Origin: Malacoraja senta
Taxonomy: Eukaryota
Assembly (NCBI GenBank): GCA_038087875.1
Contig: CM075989.1
Coordinates: 17,980,001 to 18,044,000, forward strand
Length of the DNA: 64,000 bases
Direction of reading: 5' to 3'
Position 1 is the first letter of the stretch. Every line of letters starts with the position of its first letter. This document shows positions 49,606 through 62,736 of the stretch, one piece after another. A model generated the notes under the pieces. That model searched no databases, had not been told where the DNA came from, and saw only the letters and a list, made by a program, of their open reading frames with translations. The translations under genes and the position numbers were made by a program.

Positions 49606-52013
49606 TTAAATTGCGTAGGCAGGAATTGCAGGTGCTTGTTTACACCAAAGATAGACACAAAATGGTGGAGTAACTCAGCGGGACAGGCTGCATCTCTGGA
49701 GAGAGGGAATGGGTGACGTTTTGGGTCGAGACCCTTCTTCAGAATAAATTGTCTTATTAAATTGTTAGTTTAAACATAAACATAATGAATCACACATTTT
49801 TAATTTTATATCCCAATCTAAACACTTTCTTTGCCGACATTGAGAAATTGTATTGAGGGCTTTTACTTTGGAATGTTATATTTGGTGAGGATTATTTTTT
49901 TTTATTCCTGCTAGAAATTTAATGAGTTCTTTGACAATGGATATCTATCTGTCCATATTTAGTCTTTCCCCAGAGATAGCTGATTCACTTTTACTGCGTC
50001 TGGTGATCCTTCCATTATTGTGGTCTCCCTTTGTAGTTGATTCCCATTGTTACGCACTTCAATCATTGTTTATTTTTGATGAGCATTTTTTAATTGCGAT
50101 GTTGGTTCGGGCTGGTGGATCTCACCGCTTGCCCCATTGATGGGTCGTTACAGCCTCGGGGGGAAATCGGACGTGGGGGAGAAAGTTTGAGCAATGTTTT
50201 ACCCGAAGTGACACAGAGGATTAGTGAACCTTGCACCTTCTCACTCCGAATGTCTTTGCTACTCGAGAAGTAAATTAGCTGAGACACTGCCTGCTCCTTG
50301 AGGGGAATTGTCGTCTCCTAATCTTTATTCCTTCCTGTTCCACCTCCACAAGTGGAATCAACAAATTTAGCAGAGGCCTAATTGGGAATTTGGGACCTCC
50401 TTATAATGGGTCCCAGTTTAAAAAAAAAAGTGCATTGATTTCCTCATCATTTGGCTGATTGCAGACTTTGCTGCTGCAGAATAATCGTACACTACAGGAC
50501 ATGCATAATTTATATGAACACATGCAGATTGAAAAATGTATCTAAATACTTTGTGCTTTTATGCACAGCTATTCAACATATATGAAGCAATAATGCACTA
50601 CATCTGACAGTGACTGGTTATTACAAGGGGGGGTGATTCATCCTAGTTTCAGAAGTTGATTCATCAGTTCATAAGCTTTTGGAGCAAAATTAGGCCATTC
50701 GGCCCATCAAGTCTACTCCGCCTTTCAATCCTGGCTGTACTATCTTTCCCTCTCAACCCCTTCCTCCTGCCTTCTCCCCTTAACCCTTGACACCCATACA
50801 AATTAAGAACCTATTAATCTCTACCTTAAAATTACTCACTGATTTGGCCTCCGCAGCCATCTGTGGCAATGAATTCCGCAGATTCGCCACCCTCTGACTA
50901 AAGAAATTCCTCCCCATCTCCGTACGAAAGGTATGTCCTTTTATTCCGAGGCTATGGCCTCTGGTCCTAGACTCTCCCACTGATAGGTTTGAATGATTTG
51001 ATGCAAATGCATATTGTTTAAGAACAAAGAAGAAAAATGTGTTTTGGATACCTGGAAAACCTGACATGAATGAGGTTTACTGGATGTAAAGTCACCCTTG
51101 GTCACAATGCAAGAACATGTGTATTAAATTGTAAAAACAAATCTCTTTTTGTTCTGCTATCCTTGACATTATTAACATGTAAATAATACACACTGTAAGC
51201 ATATTATTCAAATAAATAAATGTTGCCCTTGCCCTTTGTATTCTAATACTGTTGCAATTTTATGCCATACACTTTTCATAATTAGGAAAGAAACAAACGA
51301 ATGCATACTTTTTTTTTGCACAATTCTGTTTTTATATCATTTTCCATGGTCTTGTTATTAATTTTAACAAAAAAAAGGTGGTGGCTGCTTTTAAAGTGGG
51401 ATTTAAGCTGGTTCTGCGTTTGCATGGTTATTTTCATTGTACCTAAAGCTTTTCACTGTACCTCAGGACACGTGATGATAATAAATCAAACTAAACTATG
51501 TTTTGTGCAAAGAAAAGGCTTTTCACTTCCCCTTCAGGAGATCCCTAGTGCTTTACACCCATTGAATTACCTTTGAGGATTAGGGACTCTGCGATATTAT
51601 AAACACGTCCGTCAGTTTATATACAGCAAACCCATAAATGCAATGTGGCAATATCTGGATAATCCACTAAATTAGGGTGTGTACCAAGGGTGCCTTCCCT
51701 GCTCTTCACCAAGGTAGAACCTAGGTACCTTTTCTGTTCAGCTGGGTCTTGGTTTATCTTCTCAATCTTCTCTGACGTGGGAGCTGATGATCGTAAGGCA
51801 AATGGTGACCTTGGTAGCATTTTGTGTCTACCCCCTCACTGGCTGTCATGCCTTAGTTTGATATTATGTTTGGCGTAATCTGTTTGAAAGTGCAAAATAT
51901 ATTCCAAATGCAAATGCGCTTTGTTGGCTGTGAAGCATGTTGGAGATTGAGGGTGCTAAGGGCACACTACAAATGCATGGCTTTCTTTCTGAATGTATCT
52001 CTGCAAGATTACC

Positions 52014-52234
52014 GAAGATAGACATAAAATGCTGGAGTAACTCATTGGGACAGGCAGCATCACTGGAGAGAAGGCACGGGTGACGTTTCGGGTCAGTACT
52101 GAAGAAGGATCTCGACCCGAAACGTCACCCATTCCTTCTCTCCAGAGATGCTGCCTGTCCCACTGAGTTCCTCCAGCATTTTGTGTCCATCTTCGGTGTA
52201 AATACGCATCTGCATTTCCTTCCTGCACATTTTG
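52014..52234. mobile_element. Fold-back Penelope end module with a near-intact core at 52099-52126
   Basis: TSD TCTGCAAGATTACC (52000-52013) / TCTGTAAGATCACC (52235-52248). Confidence 0.82.
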
Positions 52235-53411
52235 TCTGTAAGATCACCTCTCGGGCACCTCCACTGAAGGTCGTAAAGCTCAGTTTCACTGGAGATTTCT
52301 CGTTGAGAGCCCGAGGCATGGGGTGAGTTCAGAGTTCTTCTCTCGATTGCTCTCAGGGCCTATTGTCTTTCCTGTGCCATGTACTGGGCTCAGTATCAGA
52401 GAGCTGGGTCTCGACCCAGAACGTCACCCATTCCTTCTCTCCAGAGATACTAGCTGTCCCGCTGAATTACTCCAGCATTTTGTATCCATCTCAGTATCAG
52501 AGATGCAGTTTTGCCTCGAACTCCAATTCAAGGTTAGCTTCTTCCAATTTGTGCTTTAATGTTACCGAGCTGGGCACATCAGCATTCCATTTCCTGTTGG
52601 GATTGCTATTACATAGCTATTGAACATGTTCACTGCACTGAAACCTCTGCATCGTTTGACTTCACCTGCAACATTATCAATGTAAGTCATGGACTATTTG
52701 CTTAGCTCTCTTTTTTCCCCCCTTGCCTGTTTCGCTATTGTCTGATTCAAATCTCATCGTCTTTTGCTCTGCCCACTCTTTTTATATTTTCCACCTCGCG
52801 TTGTATGTGCTTCAAGGGCTGCCTTTTTTTGGGGATTGTCTGTGGTGGACAGTTTGACATTCAGGGGAGGGTTTGGAGATGTTGATCGACCATTGCCCCG
52901 GGTTGTGCTTCTGGCACTGACCCAAGCAGGCTGATCAGAGGGGTGGGTGGCAGGGAAATCACTGCTGACTGAATAAAACGTCATGCCGAGCGACACTCGA
53001 GTCTCATGATCATCACGGAACAGACAGGGCAAGCATTTCTGTCAAGGAAACGTGTCTATCTTGTGCCTATCCACCTTGATCAGATCAGCACAGAATACTT
53101 CTAATCTCTGATGCCATCTCTTTCCCTGGAGTTGTCTATTCTGATCTCAACATTTCTCCTCACCCATGACACTTTCTATATTCTTGCATTTTCAACACGG
53201 ATCCAATTTCTCTTTAGATATAATACAGTTTTTGTCTCCGTTTATCTTCACTTGTTTGAAGGCATTGCTCCCTGCTAGGGTTTAATTCCTTGGCTGCTGC
53301 TTGTCCTCCAGTTGCAAGACTAAATGTATTATTTCTTCATAAGTTCCACAATATGTTAGATATGATTTTCATGAAACATTGTTGCACAGATTCATCCCAT
53401 TTTGATTCTGT

Positions 53412-53850
53412 CATAAGTTCAAATGTTCCTGGAGCAGAATTAGGCCATTCAGCCCATCGTCTACTCTGCAGTTTAATCATGGCTTATCTATCTTGCTTTC
53501 CCAACCCCATTCTCCTGCCTTTCCCCCATAACCTCTGACACCCGTACTAATCACAAATCTGTCAATCTCCACCTTAAATATATCAATTGACGGCCTCCAC
53601 AACCTTCTGTGGCAATTAATTCCACAGATTCATCATCTCTGGTTCAAGAAATTTCTCATCATCTCCTTTCTAAACATACATTATTTAATTCTGAGGCTAT
53701 GGCCTCTGGTCCTAGACTCTCCCACTAGTGGAAACATCCTCTCCACATCCACTCTATCCAAGCCTTTCACTATTCAGTAAGTTTCAATGAGGTACCCCCT
53801 CATCCTTCTAAACTCCAGCGAGTACAGGCCCAGTGTCGTCAAACGCTCAC
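53412..53850 (-). mobile_element. CR1 3' fragment
   Basis: Reverse complement of the CR1 ORF2 end and tail. Confidence 0.85.
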
Positions 53851-54048
53851 CCAATGTTCTCCCTGCAAGAATGGTAAACACATGTTGGGGGGTAATTCGC
53901 CTGCAAGGAGGGTAGTTGGGCTCTGATCCCATTCAACTGACTGAGTTCCATCTCCGAATGCTGCATGAACTTTAAGTGTGAGAAACATCTCAAAGTCTTG
54001 TAACCAAAATGGTCGATGAGGGCTGGGCATAAGGCAGAGGAGCAGAAT

Positions 54049-54350
54049 GGGTGGCACTGTGGCGCAGCGGTAGAGTTGCTACCATTACAGCGCCAGAGAC
54101 CCGGGTTCGATCCAGACTATGGGTGCTGTCTGTACGGAGTTTGTACGTTCCCCCCGTGTCCAGTGTGAGCTTTCTCCGGGTGCTCCAGTTTCATCCCACA
54201 CTCCAAGGATGTGCAGGTTTGTAGGTTAATTGGCTTCTGTTAATTGTAAATTGTCCCTAGTGTGTGTTGGATAGCGCAAGTGTAGGGGTTGATCGCTGGT
54301 CTGCGCGGACTCGGTGGGCCGAAGGGCCTGTTTCTACGCTGTATCTCAGA
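54049..54350 (+). mobile_element. HE1/V-SINE-like element
   Basis: A/B boxes, V-domain and ggccgaagggcctgtttc tail. Confidence 0.85.
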
Positions 54351-55161
54351 AGTCTGTAGAGACTGCCGTCAATGGGTACTGGTGCTGTGGGAAGAGAGAT
54401 ACTCAGTAGACAGGGGTGTTGTGATCGCTGGCAGCAAGCACAGGGATTTAACAGCGTGACAGGAAGAAGATGTTCCAAGCCTGGAAAATTCAGAGCAAAT
54501 AAACTGTGTGCTGAGAATGGCACAGTTCAAAACACAGGTGATCTGAGTAATACTGACAGTGAGATTGGGATGCAATGCACCTGATCAAACTCAGTGGAAA
54601 GTGAACTGAAGTGTATTGAATTTATAGTTTTCTGCTCAGAGTGAGTGCCTTGCCAGGAAAAACTAGAGTCACCAGCAGGATTTAACATCTGTTTTTCATG
54701 TCATTCCTGTTTTCATTGCAATTGAGCTGCGCAGACCCAAGAAGCGATCATTCATCCATCATTTCCCCTTTCTTGGTCTATCTGGTCTTGCTGCACTTTG
54801 CCTTAAGTAATAACTTTAAGGATGTTACTTAGAGTTGCCGACACTGTCATTCAGATTTAGCCCTATGTTTAAGAAGATGTTTAGGGCGCCACAGTCGTGC
54901 AGCGGTAGAGTTGCTGCCTCACGGCACCAGAGACCCGGGATCGATCCTGCCCACGGGCGTTGTCTGTGCGGAGTTTGCACGGTGATGGCTGGCCGGTGCG
55001 GACTCGGTGGGCCGAAGGGCCTGTTCCCACGCTGTATCTCTAAAGTCTAAAGTCTACCATCGGGAAGAAGGTGCAGGAGCCTGAGAACCGTGACCTCCAA
55101 CAACCATCAGGTTCTTGAACCAACCTGAGTAACACCCTACCTCCGACTAAACTACGAAGGA

Positions 55162-55489
55162 TGGGCACAAACTGCTGGAGTAACTCAGCGGGTCAGGCAG
55201 CATCCCTGGAGAAGAAGGATGGGTGACGTTTCGGGTCGGAACCCTTCTTTCCTGAAGAGACGTTACCTGGCCTGTTGAGTTACTCCAGCACTTTGTGTCT
55301 GGGGTGGGAGATTGCAACCTTCACATGGTCCACCCTGTTTCGACTAATGCAATCGACCCGACGTGCACAAACAATTAGATCAAATAGAACAAGTTGACCT
55401 ACTACTTTAGGCTGTGAATGCCATACACAAGAAGAAGACTTTGTGTCTATCTTTGGTATAAAACAGCATCTGCAGTTCTTCCCTACACC
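55162..55489. mobile_element. Fold-back Penelope module with a nested short retroposon (55301-55437)
   Basis: Outer TSD AAACTACGAAGGA / AAACTACTAAGGA; inner TSD ACTTTGTGTCT with an (AAG)n tail. Confidence 0.8.
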
Positions 55490-57894
55490 AAACTACTAAG
55501 GATTTGGTTTAGTTATTAAACTGCAGCAGGTACAAATTTAATTGTTCCATTCCCGGAGCATATAACAGTTAAACACACTTGAATCTTGTTTAGCTTCATA
55601 TTTCACGTATTAGTGCTTCGGCAATGATCCTTGGGTTAAATTTCACCTACTCTTTCCTGTAATGGTGAGCAGGATTTTTAAGGAACAATTGACAGGACAG
55701 GGGGTGTATTGCCCTAAGCGAGAGTGTATTGCCCTAATACTGGATTTCCACGCCAACGTTACATTAACCCAAAGTGTCTTTCATCTCACACAAGTAACGA
55801 TGTGCAGAGGCAGACGCACAATCCCTCGGGCAGCTTTTGGATGAATATCTAATTAATCTGACGAGCCGGCTTTCTTTGAAGAAAAAAAAATGCTGACTCT
55901 AACTAACAACAAGAGAATTTAGTTTCTCTTCAGATAGCATGAAAGAATCCCAAGTGTTCTCCTGAACTACAGAACAGTTTAATGGTGACTAAATTTAACA
56001 TCTCACTTGAAGAATAGCACCTCAGATGACACTTAATTTGTCCTAATTTATGTCCTGATGTACTGGTGGGCCTTAAATGTCCCAGACTTTGACTTGGAAC
56101 AGGGGAATTAGTGCTCAGAGAGTCAGGGCTTTTCACATCTACTATAGAGGGCAATCTGTGTGATTAACTGGGCAACATTCTTATTTGACCTCAACCTAAA
56201 CTTTGATCTTGTCTGCCCTTAACATGATGCAATTTCATATAGTTCTGCAGGTTGGTCTTTGCATTAATTTTCTAAGTGGCACAAAAGTGACCGTTCGACC
56301 TCGAACTCCAGCAAAGCACAGTCTGGAATAGAATATATATAGGTGTTTCCGTAAATACAGCACTCAGTAGAGAAACTGAAGGTCTCGAAACTTCAAGGTT
56401 ATTTTCCTGTTTTTAATGTAATATTCCCATTGTTTCGTATCCTGTATTTTAAGTGGTATAGATCATGGTGCACAGCCAAAATAATGAGATGAGCAAGAAT
56501 AAATAAAACAGTTTTTACCAAGAAAAATATCAGATATGTCCCTGTGTTTTCCTGCCTTTTTTTGTGACATTTTTCAAGCAGGATTTCATCAAATCCTTAG
56601 GCTCATTCATACCAGAAAGATAACTCTATATAAGCCAAATTCTGATTATACTTATGATTTTTTTAACCATTTATCACCCAATAAGTTGGTTTTCTGATGC
56701 CTCTGAGCTTTTGCAGCAGAACGTGAGTAGCAGTGTCCATCTGGTCACGTGTAAAATGTGTGAATTAAAAGCAGTTTTTATATTTATTGTTTATTTTTTT
56801 ACTGTTCATACTTTGTGTTTAAGCTTTCCATTGAAATACTTAATAATGAATAGAACTTAAAATCATGAAATAAGAATCAAGTTTGCTCACCTATTTTAGC
56901 GATGTTCAATTCGCTAGTCCCTCGCGTTGAGTAACGTCGTGACTGCTATTTACAGCGCTATAACGGGGTTATTTTGCACTCATCGTGATTTTAAAACTGC
57001 AAACAACGCGATTATAATGACCCTGGCGTGAACTATGGGCCTTGTGGTGGGTTAGGTGCTGACATTTTGTAAAGGAGTTTAGAAGTCAGTAGTGTTCCCA
57101 TATGTCTTATAAATTTAAAAATCTTTGTCTTTGTTTTCAAATTTTGAAAGTATCAAATTTTGATTGATTTTGATGTCAAATTAGCTCAAATGGATCATAG
57201 GTAGGCACATTTTTAATGCTATGGTATTTCATTATGATTTAATAACTTTCAAGTTTGGCCACCCATGTCACAGGTTGGCAACCTTATTTACTGAATCACC
57301 CAGATATATGTAGTCCCAGAGGAATGAGTAATTCATGAACCGTTCCATGTAATTGGGTACGCAGGTGTCATCAAAACTAGCTATGAAGACTGAAGTGATT
57401 TCTATCAACATAAAAACAGAACTACTTTCAAAAACTTTTAATATGACTTGCAAACTCCCAGGATTAGCTTGCTTTTTAGCTTCCAGCCCCCTTTCCCCCA
57501 CTTTGGGGATTAATTCATTCTGTTTATGGTCGTCTGTGTCCAGGAACCTGCCAAGCAAATCCAGTTGATGTGCTTGCTCAGTGTTCTACAGGGAACGAGA
57601 AAAGAAAATAGGAAAGTCTGGATGGACTGTTCATGGAATTGGAATATTTGGTTCGAGAACTCGAAGAAGAGTTTGCTTTTGGCTTTTCTTTTGTACATTT
57701 TGGCACGCGGAGGGTTCAGAACCTGAAATTACAATTCAGTTCATTTTGGACTACACATGGCAGGAATTATTTTTTTATGTTCTGTTCTGAGCCGTAGTGG
57801 GGCGATGTGGATATATATTCCACTCTAGATTTTGCTTTGCTGTGATTAGAGGTTCAAATAGTCTCAGGGACATATGGCTGAATTCTCCGTGGGT

Positions 57895-58190
57895 AGAGAA
57901 ACAGGCCCCTCGGCCCACGGAGTCCGCACCGACCAGCAATCCCGTACACCAGCACTTTCCTACACACTAGGGACACTTTACAATCTTTACCAAAGCCAAT
58001 TAACCTACAAACCTGTCCGTCTTTGGGGGGGGGGGGGGGACGTGGGATGAAACCGGAGCACCCGGGGAAAACCGACGTGGGCACGGGGAGAATGTACAAA
58101 CTCCGTACAGACAGCACCCGTGGTCAGGATCAAACCCAGGTTTCTGGCGCTGTAAGGCGGCAACTCTACCGCTGCGCCACCGTGCTGCCG
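57895..58190 (-). mobile_element. HE1/V-SINE-like element
   Basis: Reverse-complement consensus. Confidence 0.85.
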
Positions 58191-59036
58191 TTCTCCTCTA
58201 TCGTCTTTAGCCTGAGGGTGGTGGGTATGTGGAACGATCTGCCAGAAGAGGTACTCGAGGCAGGTCCCATAACAATGTTTAAAAGTTAATTGGACAGGTA
58301 CAAGGATAAGAAAGGTTTAGAGGGATATGGGCTAAACACAAGTCATTGGGATTAGCTTAGATGGGGTATCTTGGTCAGCACGGAAAATCGGGTTGAAGGG
58401 TCCTGACCAGAAATGTCACCTATCTATTATCTCCAGAGATACTGCCTGACTTGCTGAGTTACTCCAGCATTTGCATCTACCTTTGGGCTCTAGGGCTTGT
58501 TCCTGTGCTGTCCACAGCTGTGGGGTGCAGAGGTATCACCGTGGGCTTGTGTTCCTCCCACTGACTCTGCGATTCCCTGCCTGAGTTGCTTCTGATCTTC
58601 ACTCGTGGCCTCTGTCCCCTCATACAGTATCTCGAATAGAAAGCATCGCTTGAAACCATTGTGGATTTCCCCAGCTCTCACATCACCTTTCATCTTCTTA
58701 AAGATGTAATTGGGTTTAATCTGAGAAGGTCACGTTGTGTCCAGTGAGGGTAGGATTGGGGAGTGAGGATTACAGAAAATCTTCATCTAAACCTCACCAT
58801 CTGGCTCACCTGTTCCCCACCAAGGTTCAGGCACGTTGTTTCATATTTAGCATAGTGTGCAGCAGGTAGTTCTGTTACCTCTTACTCCATTGACCTGGCT
58901 TCAACCCTGACCTCTGGTGCTGTCAGTGTGGAGTTTGCAAGTTCTCCCAGTGACCACAAGGAACACCAGCCTCCTCACACAGCCCAAAGCCCTGCCGGTT
59001 GATGACTTGATTAGTTGTGGTAGTATAAGTTACAAG

Positions 59037-59345
59037 CGCGGCACGGTGGCGCAGCGGTAGAGTTGCTGCCTTACAGCGCCAGAGACCTGGGTTCGATCCT
59101 GACTACGGGTGCTGTCCGTACGGAGTTTGTACGTTCTCCCCGTGACCTGCGTGGGTTTTCTCTGAGATCTTCGGTTTCCTCCCACACTCCAAAGACATGC
59201 AGGTTTGCAGGCTAATTGGTTTGGTATAAATGTAAAAAAATTGTCCCTAGTGTAGGATAGTGTTAATGTGCGGGGATCGCTGATCGGTGTGGACTCGGTG
59301 GGCCGAAGGGCCTGTTTCTGCGCTGTATCTCTAAATTAAACTGAA
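59037..59345 (+). mobile_element. HE1/V-SINE-like element, best-preserved of about 25 copies (others at ~22775, 23695, 24416, 26160, 28890, 33005, 34063, 38700, 41521, 46297, 54883, 59655)
   Basis: tRNA-like head with A box TGGCGCAGCGG and B box GGTTCGATCC; V-domain (ggagtttgtacgttctccccgtg..ggtttcctcccacactccaaagac); CR1-like 3' tail. Confidence 0.9.
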
Positions 59346-60442
59346 CTAAGAATGAGATAAGAAATTGTGTTGGAATAATTTTCACGAGATGTGAGCGACT
59401 ATCAAACTGTAGCTACTTGATTAGCAATAACTTGTCAGACAAGGAGAGCAGTCAAGCAAGAGATTGTTCTCTCGATTTAAAGCATGCAGTATTTTTATAT
59501 CATTTTTTGATAGCATAAAAGTAAAGTTAGTCACGTACACTTGTTTACCGGATTAACTATTGTGATCCAACGTTCAGTAACCTTCCACTGAAAATCAGGC
59601 TTCTTTATCTAGGTAGGAAGATTAGAGTGTCTCGGTGTAGCCTTGAGTTCACTTGTTTAGTTTGGTTTAGCAATACAGCGCGGAAAAATGGCATTTGACC
59701 CACCGAGTATATCCCCGCATATAAACACACTATCCTACACAGACTTGGGACAATTTACATTTATAGAAAGTCAATTAACCTGTACGTCTAAGGAGGGTGG
59801 GAGGAAACCAAACATCTCATAAAACCCACGAGGTCACGGGGAGAACGTACAAACTCTGTACGGGCAGCACCCGTAGTCGGGATCGAACCTGGGTCTCTGG
59901 CGCTGCACGCTCTGCAAGGCAGCAACTCTACCACTGCGCCACCGTGTTCTTCCTTGTGCTTAGCAGGCTTGTCTTCTCGACTCTGTGGGCCACCGGGACC
60001 AGGCATGTTTAGCCTCGCTCTCACAGGGTACATTCACTGGAGTAAAGTTCGATTCCCACAGAGTGAAGTGTGGCCCATGGTGAAAGTAAAAATGGAAGAA
60101 CAGCTCGGGTCTTCCCACAATTCCCACAATGGGATGGAACTGAGAGATAGCACCAATCTGTGGAATGTCCTCCTATGTCACAATGAAATAAAATATGAAA
60201 ATACATGATGGAATAATGTTTAGTGCAAGGTAAAGCCAGCAAAGTCCGATCAAGGATAGTCCGAGGATCACCAAAGAGGTAGATAGTAGTTCAGCACTGC
60301 TCTCTGGTTGTGGTAGGATGATTCAGTTGCCTGATAACAGCTGGATAACAGAGGAAGAAACTGATAACAGCTAACTGGATAACCTGATAACAGAGGAAGA
60401 AACTGTTTCTGAATCTGGTGGTGTGTGTTTTCACACTTCATT

Positions 60443-60735
60443 CAGTTTAAGAATAAGGGGTAGGACATTTAGGACTGAGATGAGGAAAAACATTTTCACC
60501 CAGAGAGTTGTCCATCTGTGGAATTCTCTGCCACAGAAGGCCGTGGAGGCCAATTCTCTGGAGGATTTCAAGATAGAGTTAGATTTAGCTCTTAGGGCTA
60601 ATGGAATCAAGGGATAGGGGGAAAAAGCAGGAACGGGCTACTGATTGGGGATGATCAGCCATGATCATATTGAATGGCGGGTGCTGGCTTGAAGGGCCGA
60701 ATGGCCTACTCCTGCACCTATTTTCTATGTTTCTA
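60443..60735 (+). mobile_element. CR1 3' fragment
   Basis: SLRIRGRTFRTEMRKNIFTQRVVHLWNSLPQKAVEA. Confidence 0.85.
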
Positions 60736-61539
60736 CAACATTTACCTCATTACAACCCACAGGTCACCGTGCTAAGGTCCAACCTCCATGACGTGTTGAT
60801 GGGGCTGCTTTGTATGGAGAGTGCTAAAGCCAGAATCAGTTAGAGGCTGCAGTTTATAACAATGAGTGAGGTTGAAGGTGCTTAAGATAACATTTGCATA
60901 AATTGTATTCAGACAAGGAACAGATGTGCTGTTAAATTCCATCATCTAAAATGAGTTACCAGTTGTGCAGCTTTGATGTTAACTTTGCAAAAAAAAAAGC
61001 AGCATTTTACCATCTGTCCCAACTTGTCTCTGTTTTATACGAAAGTAATACCTCTCAGGTGTAGTTAGCGTGGGATGTGGGATCGGCAACAAACCAGTTT
61101 TCTCAGCACACTCTCCCCCTTTCATGATGACCTGTTGAATGTTGTGATGTTTGTTTAAGATGGAGAAATATTAATTGGAACGTGCCATAGAAAATGAGTC
61201 TATGATCGTCACATGTGCCGAGGTACAGTGAAAAGCTTTGCTTTGCCTTTGTTTTGATTTTCCAATCAGATCAGATAATACCATATAGTATGAGTAGGGA
61301 GGAACTGCAGATGCTGGTTTAAACCGAAGATAGACACAAAATGTTGGAGTAACTCAGCGGGACAGGCAGCATCTTTGGAGAGAATGAATGGGTGACGTTT
61401 CGGGTCGAGACCCTTCGTCGGACAATGCCTCTACTTCTTTCGGAGATTGAGGAAATTCAGCCAAAATAGAAAGAAAATCAGAACCTTTTTACCAGGGTGG
61501 AAATGACAAGACTAGAGGGCATAGCTTTAAGGTGAGAGG

Positions 61540-61661
61540 CCAGGGAGGCGGTGTGGACCAGGGTTGGCATCAGTAGCCCAGACTGGGGGTGAAGGTTGCT
61601 CCGTCCGTCCGCTATAAACAAAATCCGCTATAAAGCGGTCGGTAATAACGAGGGTTTACTG
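61540..61661. mobile_element. Tigger-like DNA transposon right end
   Basis: ...ATAACGAGGGTTTACTG|TA is a CAGTAAACCCTCGTTAT-type terminus followed by TA; no left end seen. Confidence 0.5.
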
Positions 61662-62679
61662 TATTAGTAGTATTACACAAAAAGCTGGAGTAACTCAGCG
61701 AGACAGGCAGCATCTCTGGAGAGAAGGAACCGGGTCTGCAGAAGGTTCTCCAGAGATGCTGCTTGTCCTGCTGAGTTACTCCAGCTTTTAGTGTCCATCT
61801 TCTCAGTGAACAGGTTAATGTGGTTGGTCTACAACAGATCATTGATAATATTAACGTCAAGGAACTTGAAGCTCTCAGCAATTCTACCTCGGCACCATTG
61901 AGGCTGATTGGGGCAAGTACTGCACCATGCTTCCTGAATTAGATTTTTAGTACTTTTTAAATAAATAATATGAGAATTATTAATGATCGTCTAAATTTTA
62001 AAAGAGGCGGGGCAAGCTTCTTTTTCACAGAGAGTGATGGATACTTGGAATGCATGGTCAGGGGTGCTGACGAAGGCAGATATGATGGTGGATATGCAGG
62101 GAATGGAGGGATATGGATCATGTGCAGGTAGAGGAGATTAGTTAAACAAGCATTATGTACAGCACAGACATTGCGGGCCGAAAGGTCTGATCCTTTTGCT
62201 TTACTGTTCTAAGTTTTATGTTGTAACTTGTGTGCACTGAAAGGAAATAATGCTCCTGGTATATTGTGCCATTTCTTCAGGTATTAATTATTAGTCAGAG
62301 ATTTAAAGTTAGAGCTTAGAGATGCATGATGCATAAACTGTGGATTGTTTTGCATTTGATGGATTGTCCATTCGTTGGCAATGATTCTTTAATAAAGGGG
62401 TCTGTTGAAGCATGTTCCGAGTTGCCGTTGGTGCATGCAGAGTCTGAGCTGAACGTACAGCCAGTCCTGTCCTTTCTCCTCATGTTTCCAGTTGCATTAC
62501 CTGCACCTCTCGACGGCTGAGAAGGGCTGTTCAAGAGAGAGTGTTTTATTGTCATATGTCCCAGACAGAACAATGAAATCCTTACTTGCAGTAGCACAAC
62601 AGATATACATATACATGCACACAGTACTCTGTAAACACTGGAATCAATGAGAAAAACGGGGAAATGCTCAGCATGTATA

Positions 62680-62691
62680 TGTCAATATGTG

Positions 62692-62736
<45 letters not shown>

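Noticed and set aside
59037-59110. tRNA gene candidates at SINE heads
   Set aside because: The A/B boxes run into the V-domain and LINE-like tail, so these are SINEs rather than tRNA genes.
58477-62597. Short non-repeat ORFs (58490-58693, 59954-60208, 62316-62597) as SEMA6D exons
   Set aside because: No semaphorin, PSI or cytoplasmic-tail motifs and no consistent splice phases.
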